Made by a program: the position numbers and the translations under genes. The notes under the pieces were generated by a model. That model had not been told where the DNA came from and made no database searches. It was given only the letters and a program-made list of their open reading frames with translations. Below, piece by piece: positions 23,913-37,400 of a stretch of 64,000 nt of DNA; within the stretch, counting starts at the first letter, position 1; every line of letters starts with the position of its first letter. The stretch is from Asterias rubens (Eukaryota), in NCBI RefSeq assembly GCF_902459465.1, contig NC_047062.1:16120001-16184000 (forward strand), written 5' to 3'.

Positions 23913-24506
23913 CCCCAACCCAACAACCCCATGTGTATAGCTATCATGTGTGTGAATTGGTTAACTCCAGAGCGTAATACAACACTGTTCATCGTGTCAG
24001 GTTCAATCGATTACAACGGACTATTGCTATTTCTAGCTGTGAATAAAATATAATTAATTTTGGCAGTGTCTGAAAGAGTTGATGATTGTATCATGGAGGA
24101 CGTAAATTATTGTATGAAGAAGATTCAATTTCAAAATTTTGATTGTTCAGGATGTTAAGTGCAACAACAAAGAAATAAATTTAAAAGCCCAAGAGAAATA
24201 TGACGCTCCAAGTTATCAATATTTTATACACAGTGAACGAATGTATGACCTTGTGGCTAGAAACTGGTTTCACATGGTAGCCGTCCAAGAATAAAGCATT
24301 TTAATATTTGTAGAATAGAGGGTTCAACAAGAATATCTTTAACATCTGACAAGATGAAGGCATCATTAAGGATCGTTTGCTATTCAGTAATTCAAACCTG
24401 TAATAAACCAAAGATTTTGTTTCACTTCAGATTTAAGAAAAAAAGGTGTGAATCGTTTTTTGAATCTGTCATTTTATGTGACACGTTGCTATAATATTTT
24501 GTTTAA

Positions 24507-24871
24507 AGCCATTGAACACCTTCGGTACAGAAAAAAAACCTAATGTTCACAGATTTACAAATAACTTACAGGGTTTACAGAAGGTAATGGTGAAAGACAT
24601 CTCTTGAAATATTTTTCCATGAAATGCTTAACTTTTTGAGAAAACATTAAAACAATATCAATTCTCGATATCGAGAATTACGGATTTGTTTTAAACACAT
24701 GTCATGACACGGCGAAACGTGCGGAAACAAGGGTGGGTTTCCCGTTATTTTCTCCCGACTCCGATGATCGATTGAGCCTAAATTTCCACAGGTTTGTTAT
24801 TTTACATAGAAGTTGTGATATACGAAGTGTGGGCCTTGGACAAAACTGTTTACCGAAAGTGTCCAATGGCT
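24507..24871. mobile_element. Second Kolobok-type MITE family, complete, 365 bp
   Basis: TTAA|AGCCATTGAACACC..GG ... CC..GTGTCCAATGGCT|TTAA, with a central perfect 20-bp palindrome at 24660-24679. Confidence 0.88.
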
Positions 24872-25539
24872 TTAACTTAGCTTTACCAAAATTACATGAT
24901 GATATTGATAAGTGTTGCCTTCCCGCAAAACACACATCATTTTGGATGTAGTATACACAACTAATTTTCCAAACAATATTTCCATTGCTGGCCCAAAGTT
25001 ATTATATATCCAGTTATTATATATGTACGAGCCTTATAGCCGATGTGTAAATAAACCAGTGCTATCTCACTCAGCGTAATTGTGATTACCACAACCGAAG
25101 ATTTTTCCTCCATGCTTCAAAAGAGTTTCATGCAGATACAGAACCATAAGCCATTTGTAGACATGGTGGACACATTGCTATTTCGGGGGTAAACTTGTTT
25201 ATACACCCAAACATTGCAGTGTATTCCTATTGTATAGTGTCACCATATTTTAAAAGATGGAGGTAAAATATATTTCTACCTCCATGGTATAGCATAATAG
25301 TAGTGCAACCTTCAAAACATAACACCAGTGGTATCTTCCTTTTCAGTTGACAGTAATAATATTATAGGTCTATATTCAATGCATAACGTAAATAAAAATT
25401 GACATTAGGTGAAGTAACTGTACTTGCCTGCAATGCACACTATATCCTCAGCTGATGTTATTACTCCTATAGTTGATGTTATATTAAAGATGCAATGTCG
25501 ATGTTGTGTATCTTCACCTCATGCAGCCAACTACACGGC

Positions 25540-25900
25540 TATGTTGATGATGCCGTGAATCGCGAGCTGATCATCGGGTTATCGTTGTAGAGACTAGAGA
25601 CTAGAGACCACGCACAGCTTATTATCAATGCAGTTATTGCGCGAGTTCGACCGTGGACGGTTTGGATGTCGCCTCGTGTCCGTGCAATTCCCGCCTCACA
25701 CAACTGATCTACGCGGGAAGGACTCAGCGCATTTCCGCCGCCGTGTAGCAGTAGTGAGTACGGAGACGGGTGCAATGGCGACAGCGCATGTAATATTATT
25801 ATTGTCAGATGATGATGACGTAGGCCCTACGGGGCTCTCCATCTTTGCCGCCGACTGCGCGCAGCCGACGACTATTTTGTTGTTTATTGAACCGAGTTCT
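25540..25900. promoter_or_regulatory. CpG-rich island, candidate promoter/first exons between TMEM196-like (-) and ankyrin gene (+)
   Basis: Sharp local rise in GC and CpG; plus-strand donor GTGAGT near 25754; minus-strand donor ATGAG|GTGAAG near 25517; (TAGAGAC)x3 at 25588-25608. Function is inferred. Confidence 0.4.
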
Positions 25901-26204
25901 TTTTTTAACAAATAATACCAGAAAAAGAAATTATTAAAATGGCGATAGACACTGTTTTTGTATTTATTTTATTTTAAATGTAAATAAATTAGGAACATTA
26001 TGTGAAACAGCATTGGTGAGCACCGCGGTATCAAACCCCCGATGTCAGACCCGTGTCTACTTGAGCTGCATTCGGGATTTGGGCCTAAGTTAACAATTAA
26101 TACTTGGTCAGCATAACTTGACCCAATGAAAATAGGTCAGGACTATAGGTCAGACTTGGACAGTCAGGGCGCAGATCATTACATCCACATTAAATATTAA
26201 GAAA

Positions 26205-26540
26205 TTTGACACTACTGGTAATTACTCAAAACACTTAGCCTACTTGGTAACGACCAATGTAGACCTGTTGAACATTGTGAGAAATAGGTCCCACTGAAGT
26301 ATTAACGTAGTTTTTGAGAATAAGGTAATTTCTCAGTCAAATAATCAAATACTTCAGCTAAAGCCTTTTAATATGCATCTGAAAGCACACATAATGCAAC
26401 AATGTGTTTCGCTGTTCTCTTGAAATTGCAGTGACCAATTTTTATTGAGCCCAAATGTTCACAGATTTGTTTGTTTATGTATAATAAGCCAAGTGAGATT
26501 ACTGGTCTTTGAATTATCATCAAACGTGTCCAGTGCCTTT
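26205..26540. mobile_element. Old Kolobok-type MITE (subfamily B)
   Basis: GACACTACTGGTAATTACTC ... AAACGTGTCCAGTGCCT; diverged body. Confidence 0.75.
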
Positions 26541-27269
26541 AGCGGAACATTTTCCTCGGTTCATTTGTCGACACAGAACAGTTGCTTTCAAGTTACCTCC
26601 CCCGCCCCCACCCCCCCCCCCAACGTCCCCAGGACATGCAGTATAGACATCATCTATATTATAATCTTTTACAAAACGTATTACAGGTGCACGTGGGCCA
26701 GTCGGTTCCGAGAAATTTCAGCATGATGCGTTATGAAGATGATCGAAATGTTCCGATCGAAACCTCTCAAAGATTCGGATCAGAGACAGTCATACTTTAA
26801 AGTTAAGCTAGACGTGCTAATCATAGTCAACTTGTTTCATCATAACTCAATAGTCATTACTATCAAGTGACAGCAAACAGATCAACCAATTTAATCGGTA
26901 TGATAAAATCCCTAGTGAACAGAATTACTTTACACAGTGCCTCATAAAGATGTTAAAGTAACTATTCAATGAAGCGGGAAAACACTTTTGAAGACATTTT
27001 GGTAATGAGCTTTTTGATCCAGTGGCGTTAATCATTGCTCAGTGCATGATGCATGACTGGGCAGTCTAGTTCAATGTGTTAAATACTGTCCCAGGCTATC
27101 AAGCAATTCAATTCAATTACAAGGCATACTCATAACTCAAGCTGAAGCCGATGATGAACTTAATTGAAAACACTGAGATGGGTTCAGCCGGGGTTCTTTA
27201 TTTGTTATCCACAACCAAGGTCGAATTTCATAGAGCTGTGAGCATAAAAAGTAGCTTTAGGACAACTTG

Positions 27270-27740
27270 CCCAGTATTAGTCGTCCAATTTGCATGCAAG
27301 AGAATAATGAAACAACGAAAAAACACCCTTGTTGCATTACTTTGTGTGCTTTCAGATGCATAATAATAAAAGGCTTCAGCTGAAGTATTTCATTATTTGA
27401 TTGAGCAATTACCTATTTCTCAAAAACTACGTTACTTCAGAGCGGGAGGCGTTTCTCACAATGTTGTATACTATCAGCTCTCATTATTGCTCGTTGCCAA
27501 CAATTACCTATTTCTCAAAAACTACGTTACTTCAGAGCGGGAGGCGTTTCTCACAATGTTGTATACTATCAGCTCTCAATATTGCTCGTTGCCAACAATT
27601 ACCTATTTCTCAAAAACTACGTTACTTCAGAGCGGGAGGCGTTTCTCACAATGTTGTATACTATCAGCTCTCAATATTGCTCGTTGCCAATTCTGAATGC
27701 TTACAATCATTTTGAATAATTACCATTAGTGCACAGAGCC
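27270..27740. mobile_element. Kolobok-type MITE (subfamily B) with internal triplication
   Basis: Family body (GTGCTTTCAGATGC, CTTCAGCTGAAG) flanks three 95-bp units; ends eroded. Confidence 0.8.
27406..27690. repeat. 3 x 95-bp near-perfect tandem repeat
   Basis: Unit CAATTACCTATTTCTC...GCTCGTTGCCAA starts at 27406, 27501 and 27596; one substitution seen (CATTATT vs CAATATT). Confidence 0.95.
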
Positions 27741-28484
27741 CAAATTGTGTAAAAGTTTTCTTCAACATCTAAAAAATAACCTTTCTAACAGTGCTGGAAT
27801 TAAATATAACATTGTATGCAATAGGAAGGTTTAATGAAGTTAATGACTCATATCAAAGTCGGATTAGGTTTTCAATCTCGCCTTGCCGTCGTTTTATTCA
27901 ATCTTGCATCTCTGATGAATATACCATTCGTTGCGGTTGACGAATTGAACAAACAAAATATCTTGTGAGCAGATGTTTAGAAGTTTTTTTAGAAAGATAA
28001 CAGTACTGCGCCCTCTGCCGGCAAGTGGTTAAGTTGGTGCATGATGTATGGAGGAGGAGGACACGACGTCTTTCATCTCTAAGACCATGGAGCAATAAAG
28101 ACGACCCCATAGACATGGAAAGAAACAAGAATTAAACGAAACATCTGTTTAACAGTAATGTTTTAAAGGCATTGTGTAAAAAACATAAATGTTTGCTATT
28201 ATTATAACATCAGGCAAATGAATTAAGTTTAAAGATGGTTACACCCCTGTCTCAAAATAATGGAATAGTCCAAGGAGAAGCAAAGCACAGATTTTGCACT
28301 TCAATGGTAGTGTGGTGTACAATCATTGAACGAACAACAAGTGGACACAATCTTAGATTGCTGTTTTGTTATGTTAGTGCTGTTTACCCACGGAAGGAAG
28401 ATGCTTTAACAAGTTTCTTGAACTCTCCCGTTTTATTTCTTGTTGAGAAACTGTCTCAGTCATACTTCTGCTTCAGTCTTCAAG

Positions 28485-31400
28485 ATGCGCAACGCTGATG
28501 AAAACTTATTCAAGACTGTCAGATTTGGAAATCCGGAAAATCTTGAGAAATTACTGAACGGCAACAAGAAGGGTCATCAAAACACTGTCAACACAAACAG
28601 CAAGAGTCCGAAAGACGGGGCCACGCCGTTGATCCAGTGCATTCAGGGAGCTGGTCGAGTGGGTAACAACGCGTGGAACACCCGTACCACAAACCATCTC
28701 GAGTGCGGTCGTTTGTTGCTCAGGCACGGTGCTAATCCGGACTCTAGGGATAAGCTGGGCAGGACTGCTCTGCACTGGGCTGTTTTCTACAAGAGGGTGG
28801 ATTTTGTGGAAACAATTCTCGACCATAAAGCTGATCCAAGTCTCGGGGATCAAAAGGGACAGAATGTGCTAGACTTTGCCGTTCGTGTGAATGCAGATAC
28901 TTGTTTTAAGTTGCTGTGTGCTCGAGTGGAAAAACAGGTATTAATTTTGGATCTTTCATCATAACTTGTCACTGTGTCAGTCCATGTCAGTCCAGTGACA
29001 AGTGTACATAAGTGCATGAAGTGTGCAACAATTAGTGTGCAGCAATTGGTGTCACCATGGAGGTGGTTGACAAAATGAATTGCTGACTTGATGTGAAAAG
29101 TATATTAAAGAAAAAGTAAACTCACTTATTTTGTATTCAGAGAAAAAACAGGATAACTTTCCGTATGGCGCCACCACTTTTTCACTCATTTTTACAAAAA
29201 GGGATATCTCATTGAGGTAAATAAGATACTATATTATTTCATATCGAATGAAAAAGTGGTGGCGCCATACGGAAATTTTTCCTAAAAACAAAATATTTAT
29301 AGTATTGCTTCAAACATGGAGCTATAAATCTCAAACCTCTGTAAGTATAGTGTATTCAAGTTTCTTTGTGGTGGAAGTTGATGAAGTAAAAACAAAATCG
29401 GATTTAATCATGATTGAATAGTCCTTTTAATACAACCATTTATTTTTCCATATTAAAAGATTTGAAATAGTACAACAATTAAATTCACTTAAATTAGTGT
29501 GTGTACACATTGCTTCACAGTAATAGGTGAAACAACTGAAATCCTCTTTATTAATTAATAAAGTTTTACAAAATCTGAATTTGAATCAGAAATATATTCC
29601 ATAAAGAAAACAAAGAAAACCATATTGGTTGTAGAAAAGGGTTTAAATGAAAGACAATTTTTGCATCGTTTGCCTGTTACCTTGCTCTTGGTAGTGCACC
29701 TTGACGACACCTATAACACTAAACCTCATAAAAGATATTTCATATAAAATAGTACATCTATTCAGATCAATTTTGCTATTGCTCCACAAAAAGGTGAACA
29801 AAGATGGAAATTAAGGTTTACCAAATCTTATTTGAGTCATGAATAAATTCCAGCAAGAAAACCATTTTGGTTGCTTAAAAATGTAAATGATAAAGACATT
29901 GCATTATTTGCTTTTCACCATGGTTAACGCACCAACAGTGTTGAGTAGCATTGATTGGTGACCGTTGTGGCTACACCTACAGTGTCATTACATGGTTTGA
30001 ATGTGTACAACTCTGTGCATACTATAGACAAATTTGACTTGTTAGATTACATTGTCGCTGATCTGGAGGTCGCTTGAGTTGGGTGGTATTTTGTCTGGAT
30101 GAAGAAAGGGAGACATTTTAAAGGTCTAACTTTTTAAAACTTGGCTATAGTCAGTCTCTGGACACTTCAGTTGGTTTAGACACTGAGTGAGCAGAGCAGG
30201 TGGTTAGGGGGGGGGGAAGCTACCATGTATACCAAAAACAGGTGTATTATTTTTATCTTGGGAAATTTTATTTTGCAAAAGGGGAGAAAATCTGTTGACA
30301 AGTCGGACAAACTTCGTTTCCTTCCTTGTCTGACTTGAACTCTGTTTTTATCAATTGCTCGTGAGGGGATCATCATTTTAAACAATTCACTTTCATTCAG
30401 CTGTCATTTGTCAAAATGTTTCCATTTGATACGTGAATCAAAAAGAAAAACATTGTTTGTTCCAGGTACGTTAGTTTCTGCTATGATATGGTACAGTATT
30501 TAACCCCAGAATTATTGGGCCTGTCAAAATGACTTCTTGTCAGAAATGAAATAAGCTGCTGCAAACCAGCCAAGGCGACTTTTTGTATAAACTCAAAAAA
30601 TTGTTAATGGCCTGACGTTTCGACCCTATAGCAGAGTCTTTCGTGAAGGCGTTCAAGGAACTCTGCAGGGTCCAAACATCGGGGCCATGAACTATTGTTT
30701 GTATTTTTCCAGCAAATAATACTGACTAACATACAATAATGTTCTTTTCTATTTATTCGATTGTAGTTCTCCTTGAATAACTAACAACAGCCTCTATTAA
30801 AATTGATCCGCTTAATTTTCAGTGAATTTAATTAAAGCGCTTAAACTATTGATTATGCCATATACTCGGTCCTCGTGCTGACAATCCAGTGTTTTAATTA
30901 ACCACTTTAGGTGCTGGAGCAGTGCGATGCAGACGGTACCCCGTTACTCGTGTACGCTACGCAGCTCGGCCACACAGAAGCTGTTAGAATTCTGCTAGAA
31001 TGTGGTGTAAGACCAAACTCCTCAAACAGGGAGGGACAGACGGCCGCACATATAGCTGTTTGGGGTCAACGAACTGACATCCTGAAACTTCTTTTAAGGT
31101 AAGTACTAAAATGAGGGCAAATTAACATTTTCTTAGATGATAATCAAGAAACCTGCTTTCTATGGTTGATGTTTTAAATTTTCTATTTTTCCCCTGTTTC
31201 TTTTTTTAGTTGCAAAATTTATCTCTTTACCTCTATGTTATAACATCTTTTTGAACAAGCATTATTTTGAAATGAAATTTATAATTAAAAATAAGAAAAT
31301 ATTTGTTTGTGATTGTCTTTAGGCCCTACATGATAAACAAAATAAAACCAATTGTAAAAGGAAAATTGAACGGTGGGCTTAAATAAATTAAAAACAAGTC

Positions 31401-34400
31401 ATGACAACATTGGAACTTGTTTCCATTTTAAAACTATTTTTGTTTAAAAATGGGTGAAAATTAAGTGGTAAACAAAGACATTGAAGAATAATGAATCGTT
31501 GTGGCTACACACTATAAACTGTAATCTGAAGGAAATCACGGAATACTTTCATGATTTTGCAAATACCCCGGTAAAGATTATTACTTATCATGAAAGACAC
31601 TGTATAAACTTACATAAATTTTGTGAAACAGAAGAAATACTATAAACATGCCATGGAAAGCCTACACAGTGTCTTCCATTCGGTTAAATTGTAAGCCTGT
31701 AACGTATTGTCTTTTGTCACTAAGTTTTATCCACAAGTGTTATTTGAAAGTCATTTTTAGGATAAACAAAAAAGGGTGAACAATTTATGTACAACAAATA
31801 TACATAGATGGAAATTTTGGACAGAAATTTACAAACAGTGTGCACGCTGAATGTTTTAATTTAAATTGTAAAAAATGTATGCAGGTGCCAAAATGTGTAA
31901 ATACTTTTCTCTGTATATTTTAAACATCAGGAGACATTTTTTTTTTGCTCTCAGGAAAACTAATTATGTTCATTGTTCCCAATTCTCATTTTGAAAAATG
32001 CCGTAATGAAACTATGGAAACAGATGTGTGTAATTGGTATACTCGGCGTCCACAGCGAGTTCAAGGCGCCTTGTCAACTGGAAGAATCAATGGCACAAGT
32101 GGCAATATAACTCCTCTAAAAATAGAAATTTTATTTCTGACTTACGTGCATGCGTTTACACCTAGGCCCAATTTCAAAGAGCTGTTAAAGCAGAAAAAAA
32201 ATTATAACACATTTCTGCTAAGAAATGAGCAGGATACCAGTCACAAATTTCACTTGTAAGTTGGTAGTTTGGCTGGTAATCTTAATCTGGTAAGAAGAAT
32301 TTGTTTATGCTTAGCAACTTATTTTTGCTTAGGCAGCTCTATTGAAATTGGGCCCTGGTTCTGCCTAACATTGTCTCTATTTTTATCAGAGTATCCAGTC
32401 TCTTAATGTATTGTTTTCCTTTTTGTATTACTGTTTCTACTACACCCAGGGGCTTTTTTTTACAGTCGGTTCACAAATTAGAATCCAAACAAGAAGAATA
32501 GTACAAAAGAATGACAGTGGTCTGGGTTGATGTGGAATGGTATACAACAATATAGCCTACATTTCAAGGTTTTACATTTTACAGTTTTCTTCATGGTTCG
32601 GATGTGTAATGGGAATTCTGTGCTTATGGTGCTACTTGAATTGGCTGGTCCTGGAGAGAGCACAATATAAATTTACTAAATTATTATCATAGCAACAAAC
32701 CCATAAATTATGGGTTTGTTGCTGTGTAAAGCACATAACTCTATGGGGTGTAAACATAGAGTTCCATGGTAAGAAGATTGGGTCCTGTTCTGTCTCAAGG
32801 ACTATTTGACATAATTTATAGAAGAAAACAGTGCTAAGTGCAAAAGCTTGCTAAGCACAGAAAAACCTGGTTAAGCAGAAACAGGTTACTAGCAAAAATT
32901 CCTTAAGTTTTCATTGTTGCGACTGGTGTCCCACTCATTTGTTTTGCTTAGCAAAGCATTCTTTTAAAACTGCTTTATGAAATTGGGCCCAGTGTGAAGC
33001 GTCATGCCAAATGCAAACACTGCTGGAACACTATTGGTAATTACTCAAAACAATTGTTAGCATAAAAACTCAGTAACAAACAATGGAGAGCTGTTGATAT
33101 TACGAAACATTGTGAGAAACGGCTCCCTCTAGAGTAACATATAATTTTTTGAGAAAGAGATAATTTCACTCAAATAATAAAAGCATCTGAAAGCACACAA
33201 ATTTGTGCAGCAAGGGTGTTTTTATCTTTCTTTATTCTCTTGCCACTTCGATGACCAGTTGAGCCCAAGGTTTTTATTTTATACATATTATGTTGGGATT
33301 TACCAAGTGAGAATACAGGTCTTTGACAATTATTACCAAACGTGTCAAATGCCTTTTATTTAAAAAACACAAATTTGATTGTCTTGATGGCAGGAATGGA
33401 GCCTGTAGTCATCTGACTGATCACAGCAAGGTCACTGTCATCGCAGCAGCAAGCGCTTCACACAACCCAGAGATCCTCAGCTTGATTGTTGAAGAAGGAG
33501 ATAAGATTAATCCAGAGATCTTAGACATTTCTGACGATGATGGTGTCACTCCGTTGATGATTGCTGGTAGGAAAGGAAGCTATCAAATCGTTGAAATGTT
33601 GATAGATCTTGGGGTGAGTGTTGCATTGATTTCATTTTTGTATGTTTTATTTTACAGGTAAAAATATTACAATTACATTCCTAACAGGAATGTGTCTTTG
33701 TGAGGTCAAGCATTCTCTAAAGAGCATTTGATTTTTATTTGATTTTTTTGATGAATTTGAAAAAAGGAGGTATGTTGAGTAAGGTGTGCATGACAATGCG
33801 TTTTTGTGAAACTCAGTTTTTTTGACAATTATCACCAAACATTTTTTGCACTGCAGGGATGTGATTCCTCCGTTTTAAAACGGTGTTCCACCTTTAACAA
33901 AAAGAAATTAAAATTCTAAAAGAAATGGAGATATAACCAATTACTCCCCAGATTGCAGAGTAGGGCTTTTTTAAAACCAAAGATAAATGTGAACAATTGG
34001 GCTTCATGCTCGCAAGTGTTCAAGCTCGCATGCTTTCACGCTTTGCTCACAGAGTTCAGTTTTTTTTCCTCAACAGCCTTTCACATCCCTGGTAATGGAA
34101 ACGCCTTTGACAAAATTGAGTGTAAAAACATGACAATTACATCACAAATTTTACATAAAATACAAAAGGCAGGATATATAAAAATACAAAGAGCAGATTA
34201 CACATTAGAGTAAATATTAACATTTCTAGGGTTAAATAGTGAGCATGCAATGCTGTTTATTTCTTTTCATAATTATGTTGCATCAAATTGCCTGGCCAGT
34301 CAGCTTTGGTGGTTTCTTTATTTGATGGTATACCCGCATCAAGAGTTGTGAGCATACAGTACAGTAATTTTGTTTCATTATGTTGCAATTACGATCTGCC

Positions 34401-37400
34401 AGTTCAGTCAACTCACTGATTTTGTTTGTGTGGCTGTAAACCACCATCAATCATAATTTGACTGAACAATGATAAATAAAGGCACTGCGACACGTTTGGT
34501 AATTGTCAAAGACCGGTATTCTCACTTGGTGTATCCCAACATACAATAACAAACCTGTACAAATTTGACTCAATTGGTCATCGAAGTTGCAAGAGAATAA
34601 TGAAGGAAAACACACCCTGGTTGCACGAATTTGTGTGATTTCAGATGCATAATAAAAGACTTCAGCTGAATTTTTTATCATTTGAGTGAGAAATTACCTC
34701 TTTCTCAAAAACTATGTTACTTTAGAGGGAGCCATTTCTCAAAATGTTTTTTACTATTACAATTACAATTGTTTTGAGTAATTACCAATAGTGTCCAGTG
34801 CCTTTAAAGGCAGTGGACACTATTGGTAATTACTCAAAATAATTATTTGCATAAAACCCTACTTGGTGACGAGCAATGGGGAGCTGTTGATAATACAAGA
34901 AATTGTGAGAAACGGCTCCCTCTGAAGTAATGTAGTTTTCGAGAAAGAAGTAATTTTCACAAATTTGATTTCAAGACCTCAGATTTAGAATTTGAGGTCT
35001 CGAAATCAAGCATCTGAAAGCACACAACTTCGTGTGACAAGTGTGTTTTTTCTTTCATTCATATCTCGCAACTTCGACGACCGATTGAGCTCAAATTTCC
35101 ACCAGTTTGTTATTTTATGCATATGTTGAGATACACCAAGTGAGACGACTGGTCTTTGACAATTACCAATAGTGTCCAGTGCCTTTAAATTGTTTTTTTT
35201 TCAATTGGCAACAGGCTTCCCTTGAAGCAACTGACAAGTCGGGTAAGACTGCAATGCACCACACCATTGAGCACCACCACAACGACTGTGTTAAGATGCT
35301 CATTGAAGCAGATCCATCACTCGCTGCTCTGACGGATTCCGAAGGACGCAACGCTTTACATCTGGCAACTATAGATGGCGACATTGAATTGATCCAGCTG
35401 GTACTGCCGCATGTAGATATCAACGCGATGGATAATGAACAACACTCAGCTATTCATTGGGCAACAGGTAGATATACCGGCTATACTTAGCAGGCCAGCC
35501 GTCGATTTCACAAAGAGTTAGGACTCGTCTTATCTCGAGTTAGGATGATAGGATTAATCTTAAGGTCTACATGCTACAGTGCAGGGTTGGGACTCGTCCT
35601 AAGTCATAAGATTAATCTTAAGTTAGGAAGAGTTTTGTGAAATCGACGGTAGGAGTAAAGGCATGGTTGGCTTTTGTGTAAAGTTCACCTCTCACCAATG
35701 TGACCTTCGATTTCACCAAACTCTTCCTAACTTAGGAATAATCTTAGGAGGAGTTAAGTTCCGTATCCAAAGGCGTAGGACGCATTGAACCCATCCTAAG
35801 TTAGGACGAGTAAGTAACTCGGGATTAATCTTAGTGTTTACATGCCACAGTGCAGGGCTGGGACTCGTCCTAAGTCTTATTAAGATTAGTCCTAAGTTAG
35901 GAAGAGTTTGGTGAAGTCGACGACTGGTTCGATACCCGGCGAAGGCAATATGTGATTTTGGTTCTTTCCCATGACATGAGGGTTTTTCTTCAGGCTGTCT
36001 GGTGTTCCTCCCTTGGTGACCCATTTACTAGTGGAACTGCCTTTTGCAAAATATAAAATGAACTTTTCCCCTTAAAGATGAAAACTCTATACCTGATTTA
36101 GTAGGTCAGGGCGGAATGGATGGGAGGGGTGAGGGAACTGTAGGATAAAGCAAAACAGTTGCTTAACAAAATTTTCTTAACCAACCATTTATCTTTCACC
36201 TGGAACTTTTTCTGGAAATGGTCAGTCTAAATTTTTAATTTTTAATTCTTGTTCTCTATTTTTGTGAATGCCTTTACTTGTACTTATTCTCCTTATTTAT
36301 ACACAGGGAACACATATTTCATGTTTCTTTATTACAACAATAAAAACAAATTGAATCTTGAGTTAATTTTTTTAATTTTTTTATTTTGTATATGTGTAGA
36401 GAATGCATTGTCATGCGTCTCAGAGTTTTGGCACTACTGGCACAAAAGGCTGTCAACAATAGACAACCTTTTTTTTTTCTCAACTGAGAAAATTGCTTCC
36501 GGAAATTTTTTTACGTGAAGGCTACATTTATAAAGGTGTCAATTAAAAAACAGCTTAGTACCTAATAGGCTGGACGCTTTAAGGTTTACGGTGATTGAAT
36601 ATTGACTTTCTGCTTTCATTGAGCTACTGGGCAACTCTGATAATTTAGGGGGGGGGGATTCAATGCTGTAGTCCCTCAAAAATCAATGGATATTTTAATC
36701 TCTTCCTTATAAATACAGGTGTTGTGTAAACATTAACAGCCTAGTATTAAAACAGTGTTTCTTTATGAGGTCAAGTAGTCCTTAGTAGGATCTTTTATTG
36801 AACTATTTTTTGATGGGTTTGAAAGAGAGGTACGCAGGTGGGTTAAGTAAGGTATGCTTGAAAATGGATGTTTGTGAAACTGTGTTATTTTTTGAGTAAA
36901 CATAACCATACAATCAGAGATATGGCAGATTTGCTTGTTTTCTAACATTCTTGACAATGGAAATGTCTTTGACAGATTGAGGATTTTGTGATAGCATGAA
37001 GGTAGAAATAGGAGTTGTTTTAATAGTCAATTCAAGGTGTGGTCTTAGCTGTTAGCTGTACCCTTTTTGGCTAAATGGGTCAAGGTCAAATGTTGTTGGT
37101 AGCATTTTAGGGCATTTTTGGTACATGCGTATAGGGCATAGTGCAAGCCACCAATTTTTATCATGCTTGTTTAACTAATATTTGTGTTTTATCCAACCAG
37201 TTGTGTGCTAGGCAATGTACACTCACTACTTTCTCAAGTCATAAGAAAAAAGGTTCTTTTCTAGGTGGTATTAAAGGTCATGACCCCTGTTGTTCTACAG
37301 CAGCTGTCTTACCACTAGACCCCGAGATTGCCCGGTAGCTAGTGGCAGTTTGAATCCTATAAGGATTGAAGTTGTGGGTTCGGATCCCACCCGAATAATA

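Noticed and set aside
27406-27690. CRISPR-like array
   Set aside because: Contiguous 95-bp units with no unique spacers, derived from a MITE, in a eukaryotic context with no cas genes.
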